Numbered from the stretch's first letter, positions 1-10,112 are shown. The stretch: DNA of 50,802 nt from Acidobacteriota bacterium (GCA_046726015.1 JBKOZS010000143.1:1-50802); one strand, 5' to 3'. The notes: generated from the letters alone by a model not told the origin. Made by a program: numbers and translations.

Positions 1-1
1 C

Positions 2-562
2 TTTACGCTCGTGGGAGCGACGACCAGGACGGGACTGCTGACAGCACCGCTGCGCGCGCGCTTCGGCATCGTCCATCGCCTTGATTTCTATACCGAGGAC
101 GACATCCTCGAGATCGTGATCCGATCGGCACGGATCCTGGGCGTGGCGATCGAGGCCGAGGCTGCGCGCGAGATTGCGCGGAGGTCGCGCGGCACGCCGC
201 GCGTGGCCAACCGGCTGCTGCGGCGCGTGCGCGATTACGCACAGGTGCGCGCGGATGGGCGCATCACCAGCGAGGTGGCCGGGCGCGCCCTGGCGCTGCT
301 CGAAGTGGACGAGCACGGGTTCGACGAGGTCGACCGGCGCCTGCTGCGGACGATTATCGACAAGTTCAACGGCGGGCCCGTCGGAGTGGCCAGCCTCGCC
401 GCGGCCCTGAGCGAAGAGCGAGACGCGCTCGAGGACATCTACGAGCCGTTCCTGATCCAGATCGGGTTTCTCGACAGGACGTCACGCGGCCGGGTGGCGA
501 CGGCGAAAGCCTACGAATACTTCGGACTGCCGCCGGTCGATCGCGACTCCCGGCTCTGGTAA
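2..562 (+). CDS. ruvB: Holliday junction branch migration helicase RuvB (5'-truncated by window edge)
   Basis: Open frame from nt 2 reads [23 protein letters not shown]...[20 protein letters not shown]...GGPVG...[10 protein letters not shown]...RTSRGR, which are RuvB C-terminal motifs. Confidence 0.97.
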   Translation, partial: FTLVGATTRTGLLTAPLRARFGIVHRLDFYTEDDILEIVIRSARILGVAIEAEAAREIARRSRGTPRVANRLLRRVRDYAQVRADGRITSEVAGRALALLEVDEHGFDEVDRRLLRTIIDKFNGGPVGVASLAAALSEERDALEDIYEPFLIQIGFLDRTSRGRVATAKAYEYFGLPPVDRDSRLW

Positions 563-610
563 CCCCGCGCGCGCCAGGTAAGTCATAATTGATATTTTGC
601 TGTTTGCTCA

Positions 611-1618
611 ATGTCTTCTAATTCCCGTCTTCGTCCCGTCAAGATTGCCGGCCTGGCGACGTTTGTTCCTCCCCGCGTGCTGACCAATGCCGATCTCGAA
701 CGCATGGTCGAGACGAGCAACGAGTGGATCGTGCAGCGCACCGGTATTCGCGAGCGCCACATTGCCGACGCCGGCGTCGCAACGTCGGACCTCGCGGCCC
801 ACGCCGTGACCGCGGCGATGGAAGAGGCGGGCATCACCGCCGACCAGGTCGGCTTCCTCGTCGTCGGCACGACCACCCCCGACACGATCTTCCCGAGCAC
901 GGCCTGCATGGTGCAGGAGAAAATCGGCGCCCGGAAAGCCTGGGGATTCGATCTCGGCGCTGCCTGTTCCGGCTTCACCTATTCGGTGACCACGGCGATG
1001 CAGATGGTCGCGACCGGCGCACACGACTACGCGATTGCGGTCGGCGCTGACGTGATGTCGAGCATCATCGACTACACCGATCGCACCACGTGCGTGCTGT
1101 TCGGCGACGGCGCCGGCGCGGTCGTGCTCGCCCCTGCGAAGGAAGGTGAGCCGCACATCATCGACTTCGCGCACGAAATCGACGGCAGCGGCGGCCGGGC
1201 GCTGATGATGCCGGCCGGCGGCAGCCGCATGCCGGCGTCGCACGAGACGGTCGACAACCGGATGCACTACGTGAAGCAGGACGGGGCGGTGGTCTTCAAG
1301 TTTGCCGTCAAGAAGACGGAGGAGATCTCGCGGCGCTTGCTCGATCGGCACGGCATTGCCCCGTCACAGATCGACCTGTTCGTATCCCACCAGGCGAACC
1401 GCCGCATCATCGAAGCGTCGACCGAACGTCTCGGCCTGGACCCCAGGAAGGTCGTGATCAATCTCGAAAAGTACGGCAACACGACGGCCGGCACGATTCC
1501 GCTGGCGCTGGCCGATGCGCGCCGCGAGGGACGGCTGAAGAAGGGGGATCTCGTGCTGCTCGCGTCGGTCGGCGCGGGGTTCACCGTCGGCGCCGTTCTC
1601 CTGCGTTGGAGTCTCTAG
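611..1618 (+). CDS. fabH: Beta-ketoacyl-ACP synthase III
   Basis: Motifs WIVQRTGIRER, AACSGF (catalytic Cys), LFGDGAGA, HQAN (His) and YGNT (Asn). Confidence 0.95.
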   Translation: MSSNSRLRPVKIAGLATFVPPRVLTNADLERMVETSNEWIVQRTGIRERHIADAGVATSDLAAHAVTAAMEEAGITADQVGFLVVGTTTPDTIFPSTACMVQEKIGARKAWGFDLGAACSGFTYSVTTAMQMVATGAHDYAIAVGADVMSSIIDYTDRTTCVLFGDGAGAVVLAPAKEGEPHIIDFAHEIDGSGGRALMMPAGGSRMPASHETVDNRMHYVKQDGAVVFKFAVKKTEEISRRLLDRHGIAPSQIDLFVSHQANRRIIEASTERLGLDPRKVVINLEKYGNTTAGTIPLALADARREGRLKKGDLVLLASVGAGFTVGAVLLRWSL

Positions 1619-1647
1619 GGAAAGCTCCACGAACTACAATCCGTAAC

Positions 1648-2322
1648 GTGGCCAAGCGGCGCAAGCGGGACCCCGGCCGTATCTTTCTCCTCTCTCCGGC
1701 GAACTGCGGCGGGCCGCGGGCGAAGGTCGTCCTGTCGGAGCGCGCGACGTTCGATCTTGCGCAGCGTCTGCGCGGCAGGGAAGGGGCTGCGGTTGGCGAA
1801 GTCTTCGCCTTCATCAGTGGTCTCTACTTCAAGGGCAAGCTCGCGTATGCCCTCGAGTTCGCGCGGCCGCCCGAGCCGGGCGCGCCGCTGACCGGAAGTG
1901 GCGCGCTCGTCATCACGCCGTCCGCGGGACTCCGTCCGGCAGAAACGCGTGTGACTGCCGACGCGATTCGCGCGTTCGCAGCGGTCGATATCGCTGCTCA
2001 CGACCCACGCTATCGCGCGCCGCTCCTGGCGAGCGCCCGTGCGCTCGACGAAGAGATTGGCCCCGACTGCGATGTCGTCCTTCTCGGCAGCATCGCGTCC
2101 GCGAAATACGTCGACGTCCTCACCGGCGTCTTTGGGGCGCGCCTGCGGTTCCCTATTGCGTTCGTCGGCCGTGGCGACATGAGCCGCGGCGGATTGCTCC
2201 TGCGATCCGTGCGCGCCGGCGAGGAACTTGAGTACGTGCCCGTCGAAGGCGCGGTCCGCCACGGCCCCCGGCCGCCGAAGCTCGCGCCGATCAAAGGAAT
2301 TCTCGGGAGCGGCTGGAAGTAA
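1648..2322 (+). CDS. Conserved hypothetical protein, possibly a distant YaaA/DUF328-like DNA-associated protein
   Basis: The ORF track gives 1606..2322. GTG at 1648 is preferred because it avoids overlap with fabH and lies 7 nt after TACAAT. Motifs IFLLSPANC, FISGLYFKGK, LLGSIAS.KY, FVGRGDMSRGGLLLR. The stop overlaps the next start (TAATG). Confidence 0.75.
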   Translation: MAKRRKRDPGRIFLLSPANCGGPRAKVVLSERATFDLAQRLRGREGAAVGEVFAFISGLYFKGKLAYALEFARPPEPGAPLTGSGALVITPSAGLRPAETRVTADAIRAFAAVDIAAHDPRYRAPLLASARALDEEIGPDCDVVLLGSIASAKYVDVLTGVFGARLRFPIAFVGRGDMSRGGLLLRSVRAGEELEYVPVEGAVRHGPRPPKLAPIKGILGSGWK

Positions 2323-3242
2323 TGCCGGTAACCATCCCGGCTGCGGGTCATGCCACCCTGAAAGTCAGCGGGAAGGAAGTCCGGCTCACGAATCTCGACA
2401 AACTGTTCTGGCCCGAGAGACACATCAGCAAAGGCAATCTGATCCAGTACTACGCGGATGTTGCGCCGCTGCTGTTGCCGCACATTGAAGACCGCGCAAT
2501 GGTGATGAAGCGCTACCCGCACGGCGCGGCGGGGGAGTTCTTCTTCATGAAGCGCGCACCCGAGCCGCGTCCGCCCTGGATTCGGACCTGCCGCATTCCG
2601 CACGACTCCGGCAATGTCATCGACTTTCCGGTCATCGACGACCTGCCATCGCTGCTCTGGGTCATCAATCTCGGGTGCATCGACCTGAACCAGTGGTATG
2701 CGCACTGTGACGACGTGGATCGGCCCGACTACCTGCACTTCGATCTGGATCCGGGTTCGGCAACGTGGGCCCAGGTCCTCGAGTCAGCCCGCATCGTCCA
2801 CGATGCGCTCACCACGCTGAAGATGCCCGCGTATCCGAAGACGACCGGGTCGAAAGGCATTCACGTCTACGTGCCGATCGTGCGCGGCCCGGTGCAGAAG
2901 CAGGTGTGGACCTTCGCCAAGGCGCTCGCGCAGGAGCTGGCCGGCCGTCATCCATCGCTGATGACGTCAGAGTACAAGGTCGCGAAACGGCCCAAGGGGC
3001 GCGTGCTGCTCGACTACAACCAGAACGCGTGGGGAAGGACGCTGGCGTCGGTGTATTCGGTGCGGCCCACACCGTTTGCCGGCGTATCGACGCCGCTGAC
3101 GTGGAAGGAAATCGACAAGGGAGTCCGAATCGAGGATTTCCGGATCGACAACGTGCGGGCGCGGTTCAAGAAGACCGGAGACCTGTTCAAGCCGCTGCTG
3201 CTCAAGAGCAAGCGGGTGGATCTGGGGAGGTACGTCGGTTGA
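2322..3242 (+). CDS. ligD: Stand-alone LigD-type primase-polymerase (NHEJ Pol domain, AEP family)
   Basis: Motifs LTNLDKLFWP, KRYPHG...FFMKR, HFDLDP (DxD), KTTGSKGIHVY, LLDYNQN and YSVRP. No ligase or phosphoesterase domain. Confidence 0.9.
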   Translation: MPVTIPAAGHATLKVSGKEVRLTNLDKLFWPERHISKGNLIQYYADVAPLLLPHIEDRAMVMKRYPHGAAGEFFFMKRAPEPRPPWIRTCRIPHDSGNVIDFPVIDDLPSLLWVINLGCIDLNQWYAHCDDVDRPDYLHFDLDPGSATWAQVLESARIVHDALTTLKMPAYPKTTGSKGIHVYVPIVRGPVQKQVWTFAKALAQELAGRHPSLMTSEYKVAKRPKGRVLLDYNQNAWGRTLASVYSVRPTPFAGVSTPLTWKEIDKGVRIEDFRIDNVRARFKKTGDLFKPLLLKSKRVDLGRYVG

Positions 3243-3249
3243 AGCCCGG

Positions 3250-3299
3250 AAACGGGGACATTCGAACGTTGCACCCGCGAAAGTGTGAGTGTCGCCGTT
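3250..3299. repeat. Imperfect palindrome (REP-like or bidirectional terminator) between convergent genes
   Basis: Arms AACGGGGACATTC and GAGTGTCGCCGTT pair imperfectly. Confidence 0.5.
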
Positions 3300-3303
3300 C
3301 TGA

Positions 3304-5001
3304 CTACCGGCGCAGGGGCTGGGTGTTCGTTACCCCCCGGCCTTCCGTGATCGTGTAGAAGCGGCCGGCCTGCAGCGGACCTGCCTTGTCCTGCCGGCCG
3401 TTCGGCCACTCGACGATGACCTCGTCGGCGACGTCACGCCGCCCGAGGCCGAACGTGAGCGGCAGTTCTGACTGGGATAGATAACTCGAGCCCGTCCGGA
3501 CGAGGCGCGTGAGCCACGATGACCCGACGCGCACGCGGACGCGCGCGCCGATCGCGTCCCGATTCGCGCTACTGCCGCGGAGGCTCAGGCGAACCGACCC
3601 ATTCGAGACTGCAAGCCGGTTGCGATACAGGTGCGCCGGCCCGCCGTTCGTCGTGATCAGCACGTCGAGATCGCCATCGAGATCGATATCGGCAAACGCC
3701 GCGCCGCGCGCGACCTTCGGCGCGGCGAAGTCGGCGCCAATCTCGCGCGCGACGTCAACCAACTGCCCACGGTTGTTGTGAAACAGGTGCGGCGGTTCGG
3801 CGTAGGCCACCCGTCCGCTCTTCGCGGACAACCCATCGTCGATGTGGCCGTTGACGACGAGCAGATCGAGCAGGCCGTCCAGGTCCGCGTCGAAGAAGAA
3901 GCATCCGAAGCCGAGCGTCAGGCGCGTCGCCCTGCCGAGATCGGAATTCGGGGCACGGTCGGTGTAGTGCCCGGCGGTGGTCGGCGTGTAGAGACCGAGC
4001 ATCTCACCGGAAAAGTTCGTGACAACGACTGACGGGATGCCGCTGTTATCGAGATCAGCCGCGTCCGTGCCCATCCCCGCACGCGCGCGTCCGTCCTCGC
4101 TGAATGCGAGGCCCGCCTCGAGTGCCGTCTCCACGAAGCGCCCCTCATGGGTATTGCGATACAGCTTGTTCGGCTGGGTGTCGTTGGCCACGAACAGATC
4201 CGGCCACCCGTCGCGGTCGTAATCGAGCATGGTCACGCCCAGCGCCTTCGACGTGGGATCGAGCAGGCCCGCAGTGGCGGTGACATCTTCAAACGTGCCG
4301 TTCCCCTTGTTGCGAAACAGCCAGGAAGTCGCGCCGGGATATGCTTCGGGCGTGCAGTACGATTTGCGGGTACCGTCGGCGCTGCAGAAGATGTCAGTCT
4401 CGGGCGTCCATCGCACGTAATTGCAGATGAACAAGTCGACCAGCCCGTCGCGGTCGTAGTCGATCCACACCGCCGACGTGCTGAAGCCGCTTCGGCCGCC
4501 CAGGCCGGCGCGCGTTGTCACATCGACGAAACGCCCCTTGCCGTTGTTGTGAAAGAGATGGCTCTGTCCGACGGCAGTGATGAGCACATCGTCGTGGCCA
4601 TCGTTGTCGTAGTCCGCGGCCGACACGCCCATACCGTACATCGGAACGTCGAGGCCGGAGCCTGCCGTCACATCCTCGAAGCCGCCGCGGCCGTTGTTCC
4701 GGAACACGCGGGCAGTAGCTTTTTCCTGGCTGGCTGCACCGGGCCAGTCGGTCCCATTGGCGATGACGAGGTCCTGCCAGCCGTCGTTATCGATGTCGAC
4801 GAACGCCGCTCCGGATCCGAGCGCTTCGGGCAAATACTTGCGGCCGGCCGCGCCGGTGTAATGGGTAAACCGAATTCCCGCGGCCGTGGTGACGTCGGCC
4901 AATTCAAATCCCGCCGGGGACGTTGGAGCTTGCGCCTGCGCAATGGCGACTGCGGCCCCCGAGAGCACACCCAGAAACCCGACCCAGGAACGCAGGTTCA
5001 C
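3304..5001 (-). CDS. CRTAC1-family secreted protein (FG-GAP/VCBS repeats plus C-terminal ASPIC/UnbV domain)
   Basis: Repeated DxDNDGxxDL motifs and C-terminal DAIGARV...SYLSQS..LTFGLG. Start placed at GTG 5001, which gives a signal peptide (NLRSWVGFLGVLSGAAVAIAQA) and overlaps the regulator stop as GTGA. Confidence 0.88.
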   Translation of the reverse strand: MNLRSWVGFLGVLSGAAVAIAQAQAPTSPAGFELADVTTAAGIRFTHYTGAAGRKYLPEALGSGAAFVDIDNDGWQDLVIANGTDWPGAASQEKATARVFRNNGRGGFEDVTAGSGLDVPMYGMGVSAADYDNDGHDDVLITAVGQSHLFHNNGKGRFVDVTTRAGLGGRSGFSTSAVWIDYDRDGLVDLFICNYVRWTPETDIFCSADGTRKSYCTPEAYPGATSWLFRNKGNGTFEDVTATAGLLDPTSKALGVTMLDYDRDGWPDLFVANDTQPNKLYRNTHEGRFVETALEAGLAFSEDGRARAGMGTDAADLDNSGIPSVVVTNFSGEMLGLYTPTTAGHYTDRAPNSDLGRATRLTLGFGCFFFDADLDGLLDLLVVNGHIDDGLSAKSGRVAYAEPPHLFHNNRGQLVDVAREIGADFAAPKVARGAAFADIDLDGDLDVLITTNGGPAHLYRNRLAVSNGSVRLSLRGSSANRDAIGARVRVRVGSSWLTRLVRTGSSYLSQSELPLTFGLGRRDVADEVIVEWPNGRQDKAGPLQAGRFYTITEGRGVTNTQPLRR

Positions 5002-5657
5002 GGCTGTTCCACCAGCCCCTTCTTCACTGCCAGCAATACGAGTTCGGCGGTCTTGTGAAGGCCGAGCGTGTTCATCAGGTTTGTCCGGTGCACTGCCACC
5101 GTGTTGGCGCTCAATCCAAGAATCGCGGCGATCTCCTTGTTGGACTTGCCGACGGCGATCAAGCGCAGGACCTGGATCTCGCGGGCGCTCAGCCGCGAAA
5201 AGAGATCGTCCCCGTCGGTTCCCTCGGCGCCGCGAAGTCCCCGAATCGCCAGTGACGACAACTCGGGACTCAGGAACTGCCCGCCTCCCGCGAGCACGCG
5301 GACAGCCCGCGTGAGGTCGGTTTCGAGCGCGTTTTTCAGGATGTAGCCTTTGACCCCCGCGTCGAGCGCATTGCGGACGTACTGCTCGTCGGAATGCATG
5401 CTCAGGATCAGTATTCGGCACTCGGGACGCCGCCGCAGCATCTCGATTGCGGCGTGCAGCCCGTTGATCTCTGGCATCGCAAGATCCATGACGACAACAT
5501 CCGGCGAAAGCGTGCGCTCGAGTTCAATCGCCTCGGCGCCGCCGCTCGCTTCACCGGCAACGATGATGTCCGGCTCGTCTTCGAGAATGCGCCGGAATCC
5601 CTGTCGAACCAGGGCGTGATCGTCTGCAAGCAGTACTCGAATGCGCTTCGCGCTCAT
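4998..5657 (-). CDS. NarL/LuxR-family response regulator
   Basis: RVLLADDH, phosphoacceptor DLAMP, GYILK, and LuxR HTH LSAREIQVLRLIAVGKSNKEIA. The ATG at 5657 overlaps the kinase stop. Confidence 0.93.
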   Translation of the reverse strand: MSAKRIRVLLADDHALVRQGFRRILEDEPDIIVAGEASGGAEAIELERTLSPDVVVMDLAMPEINGLHAAIEMLRRRPECRILILSMHSDEQYVRNALDAGVKGYILKNALETDLTRAVRVLAGGGQFLSPELSSLAIRGLRGAEGTDGDDLFSRLSAREIQVLRLIAVGKSNKEIAAILGLSANTVAVHRTNLMNTLGLHKTAELVLLAVKKGLVEQP

Positions 5658-7006
5658 GAGACCGCGCCTCCCGCCGTGCGTGCCGCATCGACCACATGAG
5701 GCACGCGCACTTCCACCGCGAGCCCGCCGTCCGGTGGACGCCGAAGCCGCAGGTGTCCTCCCATCAACTCCGCGCGCTCGCGCATGCTGACCAGGCCGAG
5801 GCCACTGTCCACCGTGCGCACACGTCCCGCCGGAAGTCCCTGCCCCGCATCCTGGATCTCCAGTTCGAGCGCGCCCGTCGGGTCGCACGCGATTCGAACG
5901 CGCGCCTCGGTGGATCCCGAGTGGCGCCCGATGTTGCTCAGCGCCTCCTGCACGATGCGGTAAACATGAATGGCGAAATCCGGGGGGATCGTGGCGATAG
6001 GTCCTGCCGCGACGAGCGTGGTGCGAATGCCGGTCTGCTGTTCGAACTGCTCGACGCACCGCCCAAGCGCTTTCTCCAGGCCGAAGTCGTCGAGCACACC
6101 GGGGTGCAGCCACTGCGACTGCGCGCGGATCCGTTCGAGCGTCCCTTGCGCAATGCCGCGAACGCTTTCGAGTTCCTCCACCAGCGCCGTGTCGCGCGGG
6201 AGATGACGCCGCGCACGGCCGAGAAGCGTGCCAATTGCGGTGAGGATCTGTCCGAAATCATCGTGCAGTTCGCGTGATACAGAACGCTGCACATCCTCTT
6301 GCGCGCGCATCGTGTGCCTTGAGAGTATGCGAAGCTGCGCGGTGACGTCCCGGACGGCTTCGAAGGCGCGGCGGTTCGCAACCACGATCCATGCGCCCGA
6401 TACCGCAACGACGACGAGCAGCGCGCCGACGAGGACGAGAATCTCCGTCGCCACGCGGTCGTAGATGCTGCGGTTCGCCGCGGCCGCTTCTTCCTGCACG
6501 CGGTTGTTCGCGACCAGGAACTGGGCGACCATGCCGTCGAGCGCCCGCTGCTGGGCGATCAGGTTGCTGCGAATGAGCGCAATCGCGCCGGCATTGTCGC
6601 CGGCGCGCGCCAGGGAGAACATCCTGTCCACATCCGCCCAGTACGCCTGGTTCGTTTGCTCCAGCCGATGCTGCTGTGCAGGCTCTCGCGCCGCCGGCGC
6701 GAGCGTGCGCTCGAGTTCGATCGCCGCCTTCAGATCGCCGCGCAGACGCTCCAGCGCGGGCTGCCACGCAGACAGCGGGTAGGGTTCGGTCTGATCTGCC
6801 ATGTCGCGCATGGCGACCGCGAGCGACGCGAGATCGTTCTGGATACGAAGCAACTGCAGCGCGTCCTTACGGTTGCGATCGCTGATCGCGGTCTGCTGAT
6901 CCCGAAGATCCCGGATTTGGGTGAACGTATAGGCCCCGACCGCGGCGATCGTGGCCAGCGCAAGGGTGAGCCCTGCCAGCAGCAGGCGCGTCGGCGCGTG
7001 CCGCAT
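5654..7006 (-). CDS. Membrane sensor histidine kinase (HisKA_3/NarX-like)
   Basis: Two TM segments flank a periplasmic helical domain. Motifs RELHDDFGQ, QEALSNIGRHSG, DAGQG and GLGLVSMRER. The start could be 7048. Confidence 0.92.
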   Translation of the reverse strand: MRHAPTRLLLAGLTLALATIAAVGAYTFTQIRDLRDQQTAISDRNRKDALQLLRIQNDLASLAVAMRDMADQTEPYPLSAWQPALERLRGDLKAAIELERTLAPAAREPAQQHRLEQTNQAYWADVDRMFSLARAGDNAGAIALIRSNLIAQQRALDGMVAQFLVANNRVQEEAAAANRSIYDRVATEILVLVGALLVVVAVSGAWIVVANRRAFEAVRDVTAQLRILSRHTMRAQEDVQRSVSRELHDDFGQILTAIGTLLGRARRHLPRDTALVEELESVRGIAQGTLERIRAQSQWLHPGVLDDFGLEKALGRCVEQFEQQTGIRTTLVAAGPIATIPPDFAIHVYRIVQEALSNIGRHSGSTEARVRIACDPTGALELEIQDAGQGLPAGRVRTVDSGLGLVSMRERAELMGGHLRLRRPPDGGLAVEVRVPHVVDAARTAGGAVS

Positions 7007-7051
7007 GGTTGCGTCGGGCGTCTGGTCTGAACCGGCGGATGGGACCATGGT

Positions 7052-7076
7052 CGATGGCGGCGTTGTGGCGCCATCG
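7052..7076. terminator. GC-rich hairpin between treY and the kinase gene
   Basis: CGATGGCG-N9-CGCCATCG perfect 8-bp stem, with no clear U-tract. Confidence 0.3.
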
Positions 7077-7087
7077 TAACGCAGTTC

Positions 7088-10039
7088 CTAGCCGCTCACG
7101 AGCAGCGCGACAGGAAGGCGTTCGAACACCTGGCCGACGAAGAGCCAGGAGTGTTCGCCCGTGGTCACCGGCTTGACGGTCGCACCCGTAAAGGCATCGT
7201 GCCATGACAGCGTGCTGAGGAGAGGCGAGAGCAGCACGCGCGACGTCTTCCAACGGTCGCCCAGCGGCAACGGATGGTCGCGGTCGATCAGCGGCAACGT
7301 CAAGTGCGGGGCAACGGCGATGAGCGCGCGACCGTCGCTGTGCACGCGTGCGAACGCCAGCACCTGTGCCGGCACCGTCGACTCCACGTCGAGCGGCTCA
7401 TACGTTCCCTCGAGGAAGACATCCTCCCAGCGGCGGCGAAGCTGCAGAGCGGCGGCCGTCACGAACATCTTGATCGTTCCGTCAGCCCAGCGGTCGAGCA
7501 GGCAATCGATGGCGGCGCCGCGCGTTTCCAGTGGCATCGCCGCGATCTTCGTGCATTCGGCGAGCGCGGCTTCGCGACGCGCGAAGTCCACGGACCGGCG
7601 ATTGTCGGGATCCACCAGGCTGAATTGCCAGAGATCGGTGCCCTGGTAGAAATCCGGCACACCAGGCGATGCGATCTTCAGCACCACCTGCGCGAGCGAA
7701 TTGATCATGCCGCTCCGCGCGATGCGCTGCTGAAATGGCAAGAACGCGGTCAAGAACTTCCGGCCCGGCTCGCCTGACAGCACGCGTTCGACGAACCGCG
7801 ACACGCCCTCTTCGTACGCGACGTTCGGATTGATCCAGCTCGAATGCAGCTTGGCCTCTTTCACGGCCTTGTTCATGTAGGCCTGCAGCCGGGGAATCAG
7901 ATCCTCGGGGGCGGTAGCAGTGGATCCGTCCGGCGGCCAGACGCCGAGCAGCGCCTGGTAGAAACGATACTCGTCGTTGCGATCCGGAGTCGGCTCGCCA
8001 TCGACGATGGGCCGGAGGTTGCGATTCAGCCGCATCCAGCGTGAAACCTCGCGCCCCCATTCGTCCGGTATTTCCGACAACACGTCGATGCGCGTGCGCA
8101 CATCCTCGCCGGCCTTCGTATCGTGGGTCGCGGTCGCGAGCATCTCGTACGGCCAGTCCCGCCGCCGGAGCAGATTGAGCTCGTGAAAGTCGCGTGCGGA
8201 GCATCCGAAGCGCGACGGATCGCCCCCCACTTCATTGAGCGACAGCAGCAGGTTGTATCGATAGAACGCGGTGTCCTCGAGGCCCTTTGCCTGCAACGGT
8301 CCGGTGTACTGCTGGAGTTTCATCGCGAAGCGCAGACGCGCAGCGGTCTCGTCTTCATCGGCAGACGGATAGCCGAGACCGCGTCGATCCTTGTGCCCGA
8401 GGTTCACCGCATCGTCCGGATCTCGCGGGAGGACGACTTCGCGGAAGAAGTCGAAGATCGTCGCATCCATCGCAGGGTTGCGCCGCCGCGCTCGTACGAT
8501 GGCCTGTTCGACGACCATGCGATCTTCATGGGTCCAGCCCGGCTCGTTGACGTACGTCCGATAGGCGGGGAAGCAGGCCACGACTTCGACGATGGCATCA
8601 CGCAGACTGTTCAGTGTGAAGTCGCGCGATTTCCGGTTGCTTTCGCTGATCCGGTTCAGCATGTCGGCAAGCACGTTCAGCTCGCTCGCCATCGACGTAT
8701 CCATGATCAGTCGCTTCGTCCGGTAGAGGAGATCGTCGAAGCTTTCCGTCAAACCGGTCACCTTGGCGTAAACCCGGCGCATCCGGCGCGTGTTGGACGT
8801 GTTCACGAACAGGCCGTTGACCTGGTTCAGGAAGTTGTAGCCGGTGGTGCCATGCACGCGCCACGCGGAGGACAGACGTTCGCGTCCTGACAGAATTTTC
8901 TCAGCGACCACATACAACGGCGTCGCGCGCGCGCTTGCGGGCGTCTTCCATGCGGCCGCCGCGAGATCCTGGAGCATGTCGAAGTAGCGGGCCGGATCGA
9001 ACAGGCCGTCCGGATGATCGATCCGCACGCCCGTGACGCGCTCTTCGCGCAGCAGTCGCGCGAGCAGCTGATGGATCGCGCTAAAGACTTCGGGATCCTC
9101 GACACGAAGGCCGGCGAGACCATTGATATCGAAAAACCGACGATAGTTGATCTCGTGCGAGGCCGTGCGCCAGTAGGCGAGCCGGTAGGGCTGCTCCTCG
9201 AGCAGCTCGTGCAGTGCATCGAACGATTCAGGCCGTCCCGGCACGCCGTTGAACTCGCGAACCGCGTTCTCGATGTGCTCGTTAATCGGTCCGGATTGCC
9301 CGGTAAGGCGCTGGAGCCTTCCTCGCGCCACTTCGCTCTCGCGATAGCGCTCCTCCATTCCTTCGGGTGAGCTTTCCGTGTAGGGCGGTATCTTCTGCAG
9401 TGCGGTCGCAATGCTGAGGAACTCGAGCAGTTGTGGATTCGATGCACCGAGCTCCTGTGTCAGCTTCGTCAACCCCGTCCGATAGACTCGAGGCGCCTGC
9501 CGCGGATTGACCGGCACCGAGTGATCGAAGTAGCAGAGCACCAGTTGACCGTCGCGGAACTCCAGCTGCAGCTCGCCCCGCTCGAGCACCTGGCCGTACT
9601 GATCGCCAAGGATCGGCAGCAGCAGCTTCCGCCTCAGTTCCCGCTTGACTGGATACCAGTCGATGTCGAAGAAGCGCGCGGCCCGCGCGCTTGGCCCGTG
9701 CTCCAGGACGTCGCGCCACCAGGGGTTCGTGGCCGTGCTGATGCCCATGTGATTCGGGACGAAGTCGACGACGTGCTGGAGCCCGGCGTTGCGCACCGCG
9801 TCGGTGAACGCCGTATGCGCTTCGGCACCGCCAAGCTCGGGATTGATCTCGTTGTGGTTGTGGACGTCGTAGCCGTGCCGGCTGCCCGGTTCGGCCGTGA
9901 AGTACGGCGAGGTGTAGACGGCGCCAATACCGAGCCGTTGCAGGTATGGCACGACGTCTCGTGCAGCGGTCAGCGGAAACTCACCATGCACCTGCAGCCG
10001 GTAAGTGCTCGACGGTACGAATCGGGGGCGCTCTGGCAT
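7088..10039 (-). CDS. treY: Malto-oligosyltrehalose synthase
   Basis: Motifs STYRLQ, GSRHGYDV, DFVPNHMG, INYRRFFDI, RIDHPDGL, VAEKIL, THDTK and PGVPDFYQG. Confidence 0.96.
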   Translation of the reverse strand: MPERPRFVPSSTYRLQVHGEFPLTAARDVVPYLQRLGIGAVYTSPYFTAEPGSRHGYDVHNHNEINPELGGAEAHTAFTDAVRNAGLQHVVDFVPNHMGISTATNPWWRDVLEHGPSARAARFFDIDWYPVKRELRRKLLLPILGDQYGQVLERGELQLEFRDGQLVLCYFDHSVPVNPRQAPRVYRTGLTKLTQELGASNPQLLEFLSIATALQKIPPYTESSPEGMEERYRESEVARGRLQRLTGQSGPINEHIENAVREFNGVPGRPESFDALHELLEEQPYRLAYWRTASHEINYRRFFDINGLAGLRVEDPEVFSAIHQLLARLLREERVTGVRIDHPDGLFDPARYFDMLQDLAAAAWKTPASARATPLYVVAEKILSGRERLSSAWRVHGTTGYNFLNQVNGLFVNTSNTRRMRRVYAKVTGLTESFDDLLYRTKRLIMDTSMASELNVLADMLNRISESNRKSRDFTLNSLRDAIVEVVACFPAYRTYVNEPGWTHEDRMVVEQAIVRARRRNPAMDATIFDFFREVVLPRDPDDAVNLGHKDRRGLGYPSADEDETAARLRFAMKLQQYTGPLQAKGLEDTAFYRYNLLLSLNEVGGDPSRFGCSARDFHELNLLRRRDWPYEMLATATHDTKAGEDVRTRIDVLSEIPDEWGREVSRWMRLNRNLRPIVDGEPTPDRNDEYRFYQALLGVWPPDGSTATAPEDLIPRLQAYMNKAVKEAKLHSSWINPNVAYEEGVSRFVERVLSGEPGRKFLTAFLPFQQRIARSGMINSLAQVVLKIASPGVPDFYQGTDLWQFSLVDPDNRRSVDFARREAALAECTKIAAMPLETRGAAIDCLLDRWADGTIKMFVTAAALQLRRRWEDVFLEGTYEPLDVESTVPAQVLAFARVHSDGRALIAVAPHLTLPLIDRDHPLPLGDRWKTSRVLLSPLLSTLSWHDAFTGATVKPVTTGEHSWLFVGQVFERLPVALLVSG

Positions 10040-10042
10040 CTC

Positions 10043-10079
10043 AATCGAAGGAATCGAAGCGGAGTCGAAGGAGTCGAAC
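10043..10079. repeat. Degenerate ~9-nt tandem repeat (GGA.TCGAA) in the treZ-treY spacer
   Basis: aatcgaag gaatcgaag cggagtcgaag gagtcgaac. Confidence 0.5.
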
Positions 10080-10112
10080 GAGCATCAGATTCGTTATCGA
10101 AGGAACATCGGA

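Noticed and set aside
5002-5421. N-terminal extensions given by the ORF track for CRTAC1, the response regulator (6113), cdaR (31882), queC (43270), the aldolase (36488) and DUF72 (42446)
   Set aside because: They overlap neighbouring genes or repeats. Downstream starts give coupled stop/start junctions and family-typical N-termini.
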